Below, one piece after another: positions 1 to 10,695 of a stretch of 64,000 nt of DNA. Location: assembly GCA_031835245.2 (NCBI GenBank), contig JAVKOQ020000050.1:186001-250000 (forward strand). Direction: 5' to 3'. The position numbers were made by a program, and so were the translations under genes. The DNA is from Balamuthia mandrillaris. Its lineage: Eukaryota. A model generated the notes under the pieces. That model saw nothing but the letters and a program-made list of their open reading frames with translations, searched no databases and was not told the origin of the DNA. Every line of letters begins with the position of its first letter. Position 1 is the stretch's first letter.

Positions 1-2229
1 TTGGCTGGAGTTCACGCTGCTCGAGGCTCCACCTCGTCCTCCTCCCCAGGCGGAGGAGGAAGGGGCGCTCCTGTTCAACCTCTCCGTAGAGACGACGCCC
101 TTCCTGGCGGCCTCCTCCAGGGCTTGCTCGGTGAGGTCGCTGGCATCGCTGATCTCCAGGCTGCCTTTGAGGAGGAAGTTGGTGTGGCCGTTGAGAGCGC
201 GCTGGGCAGATGTGGGGATGCTTGGCTTGGCGGTGGAGTACACCATGCGGAGCTTTGGCGGACAACCCTCCGGGCAACAGTAGATGAATGCTGTTGTGGT
301 TTGTTATAAGAGACGAGCGAGTGAGAAGAAAAAGACGAAGAAGAAGAACAAGAAGAGAAGAAGGGAACAAGAAAAAGAAGGACGAAGAGAATGATGATGA
401 AACCGAAGAACAAGAAGAAGTAACGTACAAAGTGTTTTGGAGGCAGCAGGAGAGGATTGGTAAGAGTTTGAGACAGAGGATGGAGAATTCTTGCGATAGA
501 AGTAGAAACGAGGTTCAGAGGAGACGATGTTGGCTTGCAGCTCGCTGGGTTGAATGGTTTTGGTTTCCACCACTTCCACAGCGTCCTTTTGTTCGCTTAT
601 TTTCTGCATAAAGAAAGAAAGGAAGAGGCGACAAGAAAGAAAAGATAAGAGGAAAAGCGAAAGCGAAGGAGAAAGACGAAAGGAAGAAAGAGGAATTGAG
701 AGACTCAAGTACAAAAGAAAAACAAAGGGACAGTCATTTTTTCAAAAAATAGGTACCAGCTGAATCCAGTTTGCTGACCCGTCAACAAGCGTGCGCAATG
801 CAGCAGTGGCTTCCTCGTTGAATGGGATGGTTACGGTGTGGAAGCCACTGGACTTGCTGTTGGAGTGAGAGTTGATTTCTTGGGCACGTGAAGAGTACTC
901 CTTCCTTGCTTCGTTTTCCATTTGGTTCTGTGAGAGAAAGAGACGAAGTGAACAAAAAGCATGAAGAACGAAATGAAATAAGGAATAAGCAGGGATAGAA
1001 GGGACAAGAGAAGGAGAAGGAGAAGAAGAAGAAGAAGAAGAAGAAGAAGAAGAAGAAAGAAGAAGAACAAGAAGAACAAGAAGAAGAACGAAGAAGAAGA
1101 AGCACAAGGACCAGCAGAAACAGAAGCAGAGAGTAGAAAGAAGAATGCAGAATGGAGAAAACGGAAAGAAGAACAAAGAGAAGAACAGAAGAAGATAAAT
1201 GTACCAAAGCGCTAACAGCAATCTCCTTGTCACTATAGCATCCTTCAACAGATTTGCTTCCTTTGAACGCAGCCCACGATAACTCTCCCTGTTTTTATTG
1301 TTCACAAACGGGAGTGTTTGTTTTTGCGTAAGAGAAAGAAAGAAGAACAAAAGCAATAAAGAGCAGCAGTTCGGTGCAAAACGAAAGCATAGAGGGAGAG
1401 CGAAACGAACCGGAATGTTGGCATGCAGCTCTTGTACAAAGGAGTTCGTGCCCAGTTCCTCCCTCAGTCGTGACTAAGACCATACCAACCAAAAGAACAT
1501 AAGAAAGAGGACTAAACAAAACCAAATAAATGCAAACCCCAAAGGTTTGTGTTGTGTCCGATTCTAACCTTACTTGCAGCATACACCATTTTTTGGCTCA
1601 CCTGTTTCATAGCAGCTTTCAAAGTGAGGATAGCGGATAGCAAAGAGAGGAAAGAAAAGCAAACGAACGACAAGAAAGGAAGACGACAAGAAAGAAAAAA
1701 CGACAAGAAAAAGGTGAAATGTACCGAAATGGTGTCAGGAACATAGCTGACCAACAACCAGCCCACCGGAGAGGTCACTTTGACCAACAGATAGCAAGGC
1801 TTGTCCTCCTCCACCATCGTCTTCAGCTTGTCGAAATGTATGCAACGGTAGCCAGAGTAAAGGCACAAAAACAACAAAGAAACGAAACTCTATGCATAGA
1901 AGAGGAAGGATGAAAGAGAAAAAATTTGGTTAGAAAAAAAAGGATATCAGCAGACTCTACTCCAAGTGGCATGGTTCCAGTTTGTGTGATGGTCTCTGCC
2001 ATATTAAGAAAAAAAAAAACAAAACAAAACAAAACAAACAAAACAGAGGTTAAGAACAAAAAGAAGAATAAACTCTAATAAAAACAAGAAGAACAAGAAA
2101 AAAGGTGTGGGTTTTGTTTTTTTATTGATATATACCAGAAACGATCTCCACTTTGATAGCCCGAACATTCCCAGCCCTGAACGTCTGTTTGAGGTCGTCC
2201 TTCACCGTCAATGGTACGCTCGCGCTCAT
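1..2229 (-). CDS. TWF: Twinfilin (two ADF-H/cofilin domains), multi-exon; 3' end runs off the window
   Basis: Exons read MSASVPLTVKDDLKQTFRAGNVRAIKVEIV..., FDKLKTMVEEDKPCYLL...WLLVSYVPDT, VSQKMVYAASK, the linker ...IPFNEEATAALRTLVDGSANWIQL, ...SEPRFYFY and FIYCCPEGCPPKLRMVYSTAKP; these are the tandem ADF-H signatures of twinfilin. Confidence 0.9.
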
Positions 2230-2280
2230 CCTTCTTCTTCTCTTTGTCTTTTGGTTTGGCGTTACAAACAAAAAATTAAA

Positions 2281-2309
2281 CGACTCCTCAGATCTAATTT
2301 GAGGAGTCG
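2281..2309. promoter_or_regulatory. Perfect 10-bp inverted repeat upstream of twinfilin
   Basis: CGACTCCTCA-GATCTAATT-TGAGGAGTCG, about 50 bp upstream of the twinfilin ATG. Confidence 0.45.
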
Positions 2310-2496
2310 CTCAATTTCCTTTTAAAACATTTTTGTCGACATAAATGAAATATCATTGATGAAAAATCAGATAAATTTGATCATTTGATTCTTGGAAATT
2401 TTTCGAGGACGAATTTTTTCTAAGAATTTTTTGGTTTCCCTCTCTTTCTTTACTTTCTTTCTTTTAAGAAAGTAAAGAAAAGTTCAACCTCAAAAG

Positions 2497-3057
2497 ATGA
2501 AACGTCGTCGCAGCAAGAAGAATGCGCGTTCTCCTCCTTTCCTGTGCACGCATGATGTGTGCTCGCCTCTCCGTGGCCCCAAACCTTTTGTGGCCAAGGA
2601 CAGTCGTGCTCTGAACCAACACGAGGCAAGCGGCAGCACCATGCATCCTTGCCGGTCGGGGCAGGGCTGCGAGACCTGCCAACGCGTGCCGGTGAGAAAG
2701 CGAGGCAAGGCGGCAGGCAGGGACCAACGGGATGGTGCGACGGAGAGGAAAGAGCAAGATCAACTTGGCGAGGCGGGGGAGCGACGAGACCAAACAAACG
2801 AGGCAGCAGAGGTCAGGCAAGGTCCCTCCGACCCGACCGAGCGTCGCCCCTTCCAGTGCCGACACGAAAAGTGTGAGCGCTGTTTCAAATCAAAGAGGGT
2901 GAAGGCGTTGAGCGAAATACGAACCGCAGATATCGAGGCGACTACCTACGAGGACGTCGCGGTTGGAGTGACGCTGAGGGTGATTGAAGCGATAATGAAC
3001 AAACACAACCCTGATGGGAGCAGCAGAGAGGACCTTGTGGGTCATCATCACCGATGA
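2497..3057 (+). CDS. Intronless hypothetical protein with C2H2 zinc-finger-like motifs (second finger incomplete)
   Basis: 186-aa ORF with FLCTHDVC...LNQHEASGSTMH, then CxxxxxCxxC, then RRPFQCRHEKCERCF with no following His pair. Confidence 0.4.
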   Translation: MKRRRSKKNARSPPFLCTHDVCSPLRGPKPFVAKDSRALNQHEASGSTMHPCRSGQGCETCQRVPVRKRGKAAGRDQRDGATERKEQDQLGEAGERRDQTNEAAEVRQGPSDPTERRPFQCRHEKCERCFKSKRVKALSEIRTADIEATTYEDVAVGVTLRVIEAIMNKHNPDGSSREDLVGHHHR

Positions 3058-3169
3058 CTGAAGGGTGATGGGTTGGAAGCCCGTTCTGCTAGCCAAGAGC
3101 CAAAGTCTTAAAAGCATGTAAAGAGAAAAAAATAAAAGAAAAGGGATGGGAATGGCAAACGTGTTTGTT

Positions 3170-3900
3170 TTACTGCGAGCAATAAATGCCAGTGGTGCCA
3201 ATACGATTTACCAGCGGTCGCATGAACGACGGGTGCCCCAACGACCTCACCTCATGCTCCAACACGTGCAGCGTTGCTCCGTCTTCTTCTTCTTTCCTCT
3301 TCTTTCCTTCTTCATCTTCGTTCGTGCTGACGATCTTGGCAAAGCGAAACTGATGAGCTTCTAAAGCCTGCTCCAAGGTGTCATAGCGATCGTCGAACCG
3401 ATTCTCCCTGAAGAGCAGATCCGCTGCGCGAAAGCTTTCGTAAACTTTTGAGAAACGAGTCACATAAATACAAACATGGTATCCCAACTTTGAATCATCT
3501 TTTCGTTCATCTTCTGCTTCGTCCTCTCTAAAGATAAGCCGTTGATTCGTCCCAACTCGAATGATGGCAACCTTCAATCCATCGTCTTCCTTCTTTCCTT
3601 CTTCCGATGTTGATCGGGGTAACGGAACAACTTGAGTGGGAGCATCAAAGTGATGCGAGTAGAAACGGGCGATGGAGGCGGCCGTTCCACGTTGACAAGT
3701 TTCTTCCAGGTAGGCAATGCCAAGGCCGCCTTTGAAGGAGATGGCGGCGGTGTTTTGGTAGCAATGGAAGCGGTTGCCATAGGGACCTGTTACTCGCACG
3801 TAGCCTTCTTTTGTTGGATCGAAACCATCGATGTAGTTCCAAGATAAGGAACATTCTTTTTTGGGTTTGCTTCGGATGTTAAGGCATAAAGAAAATGAAG

Positions 3901-3932
<32 letters not shown>

Positions 3933-4651
3933 AGCAACAGAGCAGAGAAGAGAACAGGAGACAAAGAGACGCGAATAAGAGAAGACAAGTAAAGCAAGAA
4001 AGAAACCTTCATCACCAGAAGAAGGAGGAACGAATTCCCACGAGAACAAAGTTTCTTGGTCAAAGCGGATAGTCCGTAAGCGCTGCATCAGCTCCTCCAA
4101 CGACGGCATTATCAGACCGATGTGGCCTCTCACCACCTGAGCTGGATTGCTGCAATACCAACGCAACAGGAAAGGGAAGAGAGAGAGAAAGAGAGAGAGA
4201 GAGAGTAGCGAAGAAAAACACCAGAAGAGAAGAAGAAGATAAAAGAGAACGAAGCGAGGAGCAGAGAAGCAGAGAACAACAGAAAGAAAAAGGGTTTGTT
4301 AGTAACAAAATAACACCTATAAAACAAAGTTGGTGGCAGACACTTCTTACCCACGAGGAAGATGAATCTGTTGCCAACCAGCGTTGGCCCACATGGTACG
4401 CGCGCCCACTCGTAGATAAGGATCCCTGGTCAGACCCAAACCTTCAAAATAAAACGTAGAGGCTGGTCCCTTTGTACAATTTTTTTTTCTGATGAGCGAA
4501 CAGAAAACACTCATTTAATTTTTTAAAAAAGGAGAGATATATCTCGAAGGAGCACCGTGACAGGAATATTCAAGTTGATGTGTTCAAGAGCAACAATGTA
4601 GCCCAGGTCATCTCTGTCCAACGCCTGCTGCGTCCTCCTTTGGCCTTCCAT
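3170..4651 (-). CDS. Glyoxalase/VOC-fold-like protein, multi-exon
   Basis: Exons give MEGQ...DLGYIVALEHINLNIP, FYFEGLGLTRDPY...MWANAGWQQIHLP, QVVRGHIGLIMPSLEEL, VTGPYGNRF, YHVCIYV and EHEVRSLGHPSFMRPLVNR; GT-AG introns contain CT tracts. Confidence 0.7.
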
Positions 4652-5409
4652 CTTTTTCTTTTTTTTGGGCTTGTTTCACGACGACGCGGAAATTACGGGG
4701 CAGTCCGCAAAAAAGCTCTTCGTGCCACGTCATGCCAGAACTTCTCCAATAAAAAATCAGATGTCCCCGTGAACTGTGCTCGATCTTGGTTGAACTTTCT
4801 TCTCCAATGAACAATCGTAAAATTTCATTCGAATTTTCCCTTCCAATTAAAAATATAAAAAGAGATCTACCCGTGAACTTTAAACGAGCCGCTTTTTGTT
4901 TGGTGCGGGAGTTTGGATCGGAGCGGAACTATTGTTCACCTTTTTTACCATCTCGAATTTTCCCCACCAATGCGAGATGCACCATCCAAACGAGATGTCG
5001 AGTCCGCGGATAAAGAGGAATAAAAAAGGAGAGCGGGGAAGAATGGAGTTGACGGATGGGCCGGACCAATGAACCTTCCTGGCGGGATGGCGGTTGGTGA
5101 AACAGATGCTATTTGGAAAGAAAACTGACCGTTACTGCTTGGCGCCTCTTCGCTCGGTTAGAAGTGCGCCAAAACGATATTTTTTTTATTTTGTAGTTTC
5201 AACTAGAAACGATACACACATCGAGTTCTACTCACACTGTGACCCTCCCCTCACACAACTGTTATCACTCTTACCAGCGCTGATATTCTTTAAAACCCGT
5301 TTCACGGACACTCCCTTATCCCTTTACTCAAAGTTTTTTGACTCTTTGCTAATTCTTTTAACACACAAACACTCAAAGAAACCACAAAACAAACAAACAA
5401 ACAAAAAAA

Positions 5410-6866
5410 ATGAACTTCTCCCACTCTCCTTCAATCTTTCAGGTTGGATCCGTCAAGGCGAAGGTTGCCTTTTGGGAAGCCATGAGCCGCCAGGAACCAG
5501 AGCTGCCAGCCCCTCGTCGCCCCAGAGCTGCCGCCCTTCCAGTCGCTGCCGTCACCGCCCCCGCCCCCGCCGCCGGTAAACCAGACCCCATCCCCAACGC
5601 CCCCGTTGAACAGCCCTCTGCCGCCCCTTTGGACATGGAAGTTGCTACCGAGACCTTGGAAGTCACCGCCGTTGCCGCCCTTTTGGAACTGGCAGACCAC
5701 AAGCACTGGACCATGGAGAGCTTGGACGATGCCACGCCCCCTGCCCCTTTGGACGTGGAACTTACCAAGCCCGCCGCCGTTTTGGACGACCAGAAGATAA
5801 CCCCGCCCGAAAGCAAGCCGGAAGTTGCCGTCGACGCGTCCGCGATCCTTCCCCACGATCTCGAAGCGTGCAATGACCTCAGCCGAACGGACGTCATCCA
5901 AGCGGATCAGCCCTCCGATTATGATCTGCAGCCATTCAAGATACCCATCGATGCCATCCAGCAGAGGGAGCAACAGTGCCTCAGGCTGGACCCGACCCCC
6001 CTGTCACCGCAGCAGCATGAGGATCCTGCCCACCGTGAATCCGCCCCCGAAGATGACGATGGGGATGCCCAAAAGCCAAGGAACCATCTACCACAAGTCA
6101 AGCCTCTCGCCAGTACCACCGAACTCCATCAGCAGCCCAAGCAGTCAAATGTTCCCCTTACACCGCAACCACCTCAAACGCTACCACCCTCTGAGCCACT
6201 CAAGATGAAGATAAATCAGCAGGCCGAGAGGTCCACCAAAGGCTGCGGTTGGAGCTGGGCAATTAAGGAAGCCAGGAGGGTCTTGCCCAATCCCCTCCGC
6301 GGAAAGCGCAACCGCCACTTGAGACAGAACCACCACCAAGTGGAACCAGCATTACCAAGTAACGTTGCAGCCGCTCTGGGTGTCCTCCAGCAGACGGACG
6401 TGCTACAAACCGAAGGAATCTTGCGACTATCAGGAAGAAAGATACGGATAAACCAGCTGCTCGCCATGGACGCTCGGAAACGAACCATCAAATGGAGCAA
6501 AGAGGACGTCCACGACATCACCGGATTCATCCTAAGCAAATACCGCAAGGCATTCGAGGAAGGTATCATCCCTGAGAGCGTTTGGATCGCCGCAAGGAAG
6601 AACCCTGAGGACTTGGACTTGGACCCCGCAGAGGTATGGAGCCAATTGGACGACCGGAGTAGGACCTGGCTGAAAGAAATCTTGCAACTGGGCCGCGCCG
6701 TTGTGAGCAAGCAGGACCAGAACCGGATGAGCGCCAGCAACGTTGCAATGGTATTGTCCCCCTTGGCCTTGACATGGTGTTTTGAACCGATCCGCCACAT
6801 GGAGCGGTTGCAACCTGCCCGTGAGCTCTTTTTGGATTGGTTGGACATGGTTCCGTGGGCTGCGTA

Positions 6867-6867
<1 letters not shown>
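5410..6867 (+). CDS. Intronless RhoGAP-domain protein with Pro-rich disordered N-terminus
   Basis: 485-aa ORF; C-terminal LQTEGILRLSG (arginine finger), DVHDITG and QNRMSASNVAMVLSP are RhoGAP motifs. Confidence 0.8.
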
Positions 6868-6905
<38 letters not shown>

Positions 6906-6923
6906 TCTTCCTCTCTCTCTCTC

Positions 6924-6960
<37 letters not shown>
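6868..6960 (+). repeat. (CT)n microsatellite immediately after the RhoGAP stop
   Basis: Interrupted CT dinucleotide run. Confidence 0.95.
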
Positions 6961-6963
<3 letters not shown>

Positions 6964-7070
6964 CGCCCGTCCGTCGAGCTGCAACCAGAACGGTAAGTAT
7001 ATGAGGTGGAGGAGGTGGGGTTACTTGCCTGGCTGCTGAGTCCTCGTCGATCTCTCTGTCTCTGTAAACG

Positions 7071-7469
7071 CTTTCTACATCGACCAACGCCTACATTTTC
7101 TACATCTACCAACGCCTACGTTTTCTACATCTACCAACGCCTACGCTTTCTACGTCTACCAACGCCTACGTTTTCTACATCTACCAACGCCTACGCTTTC
7201 TACATCGACCAACGCCTACGCTTTCTACGTCTACCAACGCTTACATTTTCTACATCTACCAACGCCTACGAATTCTACATCTACCAACGCCTACGCTTTC
7301 TACATCTACCAACGCCTACGCTTTCTACGTCTACCAACGCCTACACTTTCTACATCTACCAACGCCTACGTTTTCTACATCACCAACGCCTACGCTTTCT
7401 ACATCTACCAACGCCTACGAGTTCTACATCTACCAACGCCTACGCTTTCTACATCTACCAACGCCTACG
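7071..7469 (+). repeat. 25-bp minisatellite, 16 copies (consensus CTTTCTACATCTACCAACGCCTACG)
   Basis: Contiguous 25-bp periodicity, one 24-bp unit, scattered substitutions, no spacers. Confidence 0.95.
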
Positions 7470-7707
7470 CCTTCAACCAACGTACTTTGGAAAGACCTGA
7501 GCAGAGAACAGTTTGGTACGACCAGGTATTCACCTTTCTTTTTCTTCTCTTATTTTTCTGATATTCTTTCTTGTCGTTTCGTTCTTGTTGTTTCTTTCTT
7601 TCTATCTTTCCTCTATCTTTCCGTGGATCACCGCCGTCTATGTAATCAGAAGAACTTTCCTCAGTCGTCTCCCAACTAACCCAACTCCACTAACTTTCTC
7701 TCTTTCT

Positions 7708-8010
7708 TGAGTTCAACTTCGCCTCCTCCACCTCGAACCTCCCCCTCCCTCCCCCCCCCCCTCTCCCTCCCCATTTGTTTGTTGGATACTAACTACACTT
7801 TTTTTTCTTTTGTTCTCGTGGTAACAAAACAAACTCTCTCTCACTATTTGTTTGTGTGTGTCTGTTGTATGTGGTCAATTGTGTTTGTTCGTTTCCTGAG
7901 TCAACTGCGCCTCCTCCACCGCACCTCCCCCCCCTCCATTCCCCTCCCTCCCCCTTCACTCCCTCCCATTTGTTTGTTGCAGACTAACTACACTTATTTT
8001 CTTTTCTTTT
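7708..8010 (+). repeat. Two diverged ~105-bp direct repeats
   Basis: TGAGT(T)CAACT.CGCCTCCTCCACC...CCATTTGTTTGTTG.A.ACTAACTACACTT occurs at ~7708-7810 and ~7897-8000. Confidence 0.8.
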
Positions 8011-8058
8011 CTTTGTTGTCCTTATGTAGATAGAAGGGGTGGAGGAGGAGTGGACTTT

Positions 8059-8205
8059 GGATGTGGATGTGGATGTGGATGTGGATGTGGATGTGGACGT
8101 GGACGTGGATGTGGATGTGGATGTGGATGTGGATGTGGACTTGGATGTGGACGTGGATGTGGACTTGGATGTGGATGTGGATGGATGTGGATGTGGATGT
8201 GGACT
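8059..8205 (+). repeat. (GGATGT)n hexamer microsatellite with GGACGT/GGACTT variants
   Basis: Direct reading of the sequence. Confidence 0.95.
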
Positions 8206-8280
8206 TGCCAGGCCGTAGCAACATCACTAACTCTCTCTCTCTCTCTCTCTTTTGTACAGTTCATTCCTTTTTTTCCAACC

Positions 8281-8620
8281 ATGCCAATGCGTCTACAAGG
8301 TACGCCTCCTCCTCATTTCTGCTCTCTCCGTCGTTTACTTTCCGTTATAAAGCCAAGAAACTTCAAGGTACGTCCCCTACCCCTTTTTCCTCTCTGTCTC
8401 TCTCTCCTTCTCTCTTTCCTCTTTGTTCCATCATTTATGTAAGCCAAGAAACTTCAAGGTACGTCCCCTATCCCTTTTCCGTCTCTTCTCTTCTCTCTTC
8501 TCTCTCTCTCGCTCTCTCTCTATCTCTCGCTCTTTCCCTCTTCGTTCCATCGTTATGTATGCCAAGCCATGACTACAAGGTACGTCCCCTCCCATTCCCC
8601 CTCTGTCTCTCCTCTGATAT
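8281..8620 (+). repeat. Four degenerate ~70-120-bp units, each a short exon-like core followed by a GTACG splice donor and a pyrimidine tract
   Basis: CAAG|GTACG at 8300, 8368, 8459 and 8580; identical 15-mer CCAAGAAACTTCAAG at 8353-8367 and 8444-8458, each preceded by AG. Confidence 0.7.
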
Positions 8621-8922
8621 CTCTGCTTTTGGGAACCTTCACCCCTTTTTCTTGTTCCACCACCAACACAACTTTGACCCGCTAGCCAGATAAATACTCA
8701 GCAGCAGCCGACATGACGTCCCACAGAGAAAACAAGGTACTTTCCTATGCTTTTAATGTTTTTTGTCCGCATTTACGCCTTTCTTTTTCTTTTGTTTTTT
8801 GTGTTTCTGCCATAAAGGTCCTCCTCCACCCCACCCTCCCCCTTGCCCGCTGCCTTCCCAACGACCCTGCGCCTGCCCTCCGACAAGCCGGACAACTTCC
8901 CTCTCCGTCAGCCCAACAACTA

Positions 8923-9020
8923 CCTACGACCTACGACCTACGACCTACGACCTACGACCTACGACCTACGACCTACGACCTACGACCTACGACCTACGAC
9001 CTACGACCTACGACCTACGA
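8923..9020 (+). repeat. Perfect (CCTACGA)14 heptamer array
   Basis: 98 bp = 14 exact copies. Confidence 0.95.
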
Positions 9021-9221
9021 CCCCCGCCTGAACAACTATCAACTTCTCTTCGGCCTACCAGCATCAACCAACCAACGACCAACGGAAAAAGTATTATTGA
9101 ACCAAAAGGTAACGCACAAAAAAAGGGAAGGCATTAATTAATTGCCTTTCATGTCGTCATGTATATGAAACTAACTAAATCGAAATTTCCACAAAAAGGA
9201 AATTTCCATAACAATGACGAC

Positions 9222-10310
9222 ATGAATCCATTGGAACCCCAGACGACACGAGCATGTTCAACCCCGCCAGCCACACTCACGACCGCACCTGAAGCAGAGC
9301 CAAGCCTGAGAAACAGCAAGCAAACCAGCCGCCGACCCCCTCCAACCTGAGAAACAGCCAGCAACACCACGAGCGCACCTGAAGCAGAGCCAAGCCTGAC
9401 GATCCTATCCGACAACGGACGCCTGACCAGCACAAGCGAAGCCACAGAAAGAAACAAACCAAGCAGAGCCCGACCACCCAACGAACACAAACCAACACTA
9501 CTATTCCCGAACTCCCGCCAACCCGCCGACATGAGATGCCCGCTAAAGCCATGGAACCAGACCAGACAAGCACCAGAAACTCAATTCCTTTCAATCCTAC
9601 CAACCTGCCCCGCAAGAAGCAACATTTCAACCAGCAAGCTTACTCCAACAGAGCACCTTCCAATCGTCTCTCTCATCCTCTCCCCCCCCCCCCAAAACTC
9701 AAAGGCTTCTGCTTCTGCTCCGCTGCAAACTTGAGGAGCTTCCCTCTTGGTTATTTGCTTGCTCTGAAGCACCTGCTTTTGGGTTTTGGGAGGCAGGGTC
9801 GTTTACAACTGTCGCCTGAGATCACCCGCCAACACCCCAAGTACTCCGAGTGCATGCACAACATCGAATTCCAAAGGAAGGGGCCTCTGACAGTGACCCT
9901 GATGCCACGGTATTCAAGAGTGAAATGGACATGGCTGAGCGTCCTTCGCGAGCCAAACGAGTAAATGGTTGCAGAAGCTTGACCAAGGATTATTGGCGCA
10001 CAGTACTCGGTTACGCGTGCTGGCGGACGATTATCGCATTGCGAATAGTTGCAGCAGAGGAGCGTAACGGAGAGCTGTGAGGAGAGGCACTGCGGGGCGT
10101 CAACAGCTTCCAGCTGGCGGGCTACCCGCTCCTGAAGATGTAAAACATCCCGGCAAGGAGTTGCACAACACGAGAAGCAAACGACAACAGCCAAGAATGA
10201 TCTACGCCCTTGGAGAAGCTGGCTTTATCTTTGCAACAGACAAGATGTGGTGTAAACAAACAACGCTTCGCCTTCAGGCTTCATATGATAGTTTGTATAA
10301 ACAATTGTAA
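9222..10310 (+). pseudogene. Decayed coding-like region with an internal duplication and an F-box-like segment
   Basis: Coding-like composition broken by stops and frameshifts; duplicated APEAEPSL block (~9278-9309 and ~9368-9399); LTKDYWRTVLGYACWRTIIALRIV at 9979-10050 fits F-box spacing. Confidence 0.35.
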
Positions 10311-10695
10311 GCGTTACACAGGTCATTAAAATCTCCCCTAATCGCCACATTTTCTCCTTTGGGCGGGGTGGTTGCTGTGCGAAAGGTGCGACCCCCATCC
10401 AATGGCGCGATAGGCCAGGCAAAAACACCACTTTCCACAGAGTTGCTTGCCGCATTCCCACGGTTTGCACCCGCTTTTCTTTCGATTCTCTGCCTCTTGG
10501 AGAAGCGGGGAGCTCGCGGGCTCTTTCATTTCATCTTATCGTAGATTTATTATTCATTTGTTTTTTTGTTTTCTTCATTATTTTATTTATTATTTATTAT
10601 TTCACAGTTTTTGTTTTATTGTGCTCATCCACAACCACCACAACAGAACGAAACCCACTTTTATATTTTTTTTATTTAAATAAAAAAAAAAACGA

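Noticed and set aside
4757..4972. Degenerate duplication (CCCGTGAACT...TCGAATTTTCCC..CCAAT) as a target-site duplication or LTR
   Set aside because: Both copies are adjacent at the left side and no counterpart was seen at the right end of the island
7071..7469. 25-bp repeat array as a CRISPR array
   Set aside because: Units are contiguous with no unique spacers, no cas genes are present, and the context is eukaryotic
8022..8693. (HP)n, (GC)n and (WM)n peptide ORFs
   Set aside because: Frame read-through of the GGATGT hexamer repeat; no other coding signal
8923..9020. (CCTACGA)n as a true telomere
   Set aside because: Internal, short and flanked by genes on both sides; at most an interstitial relic
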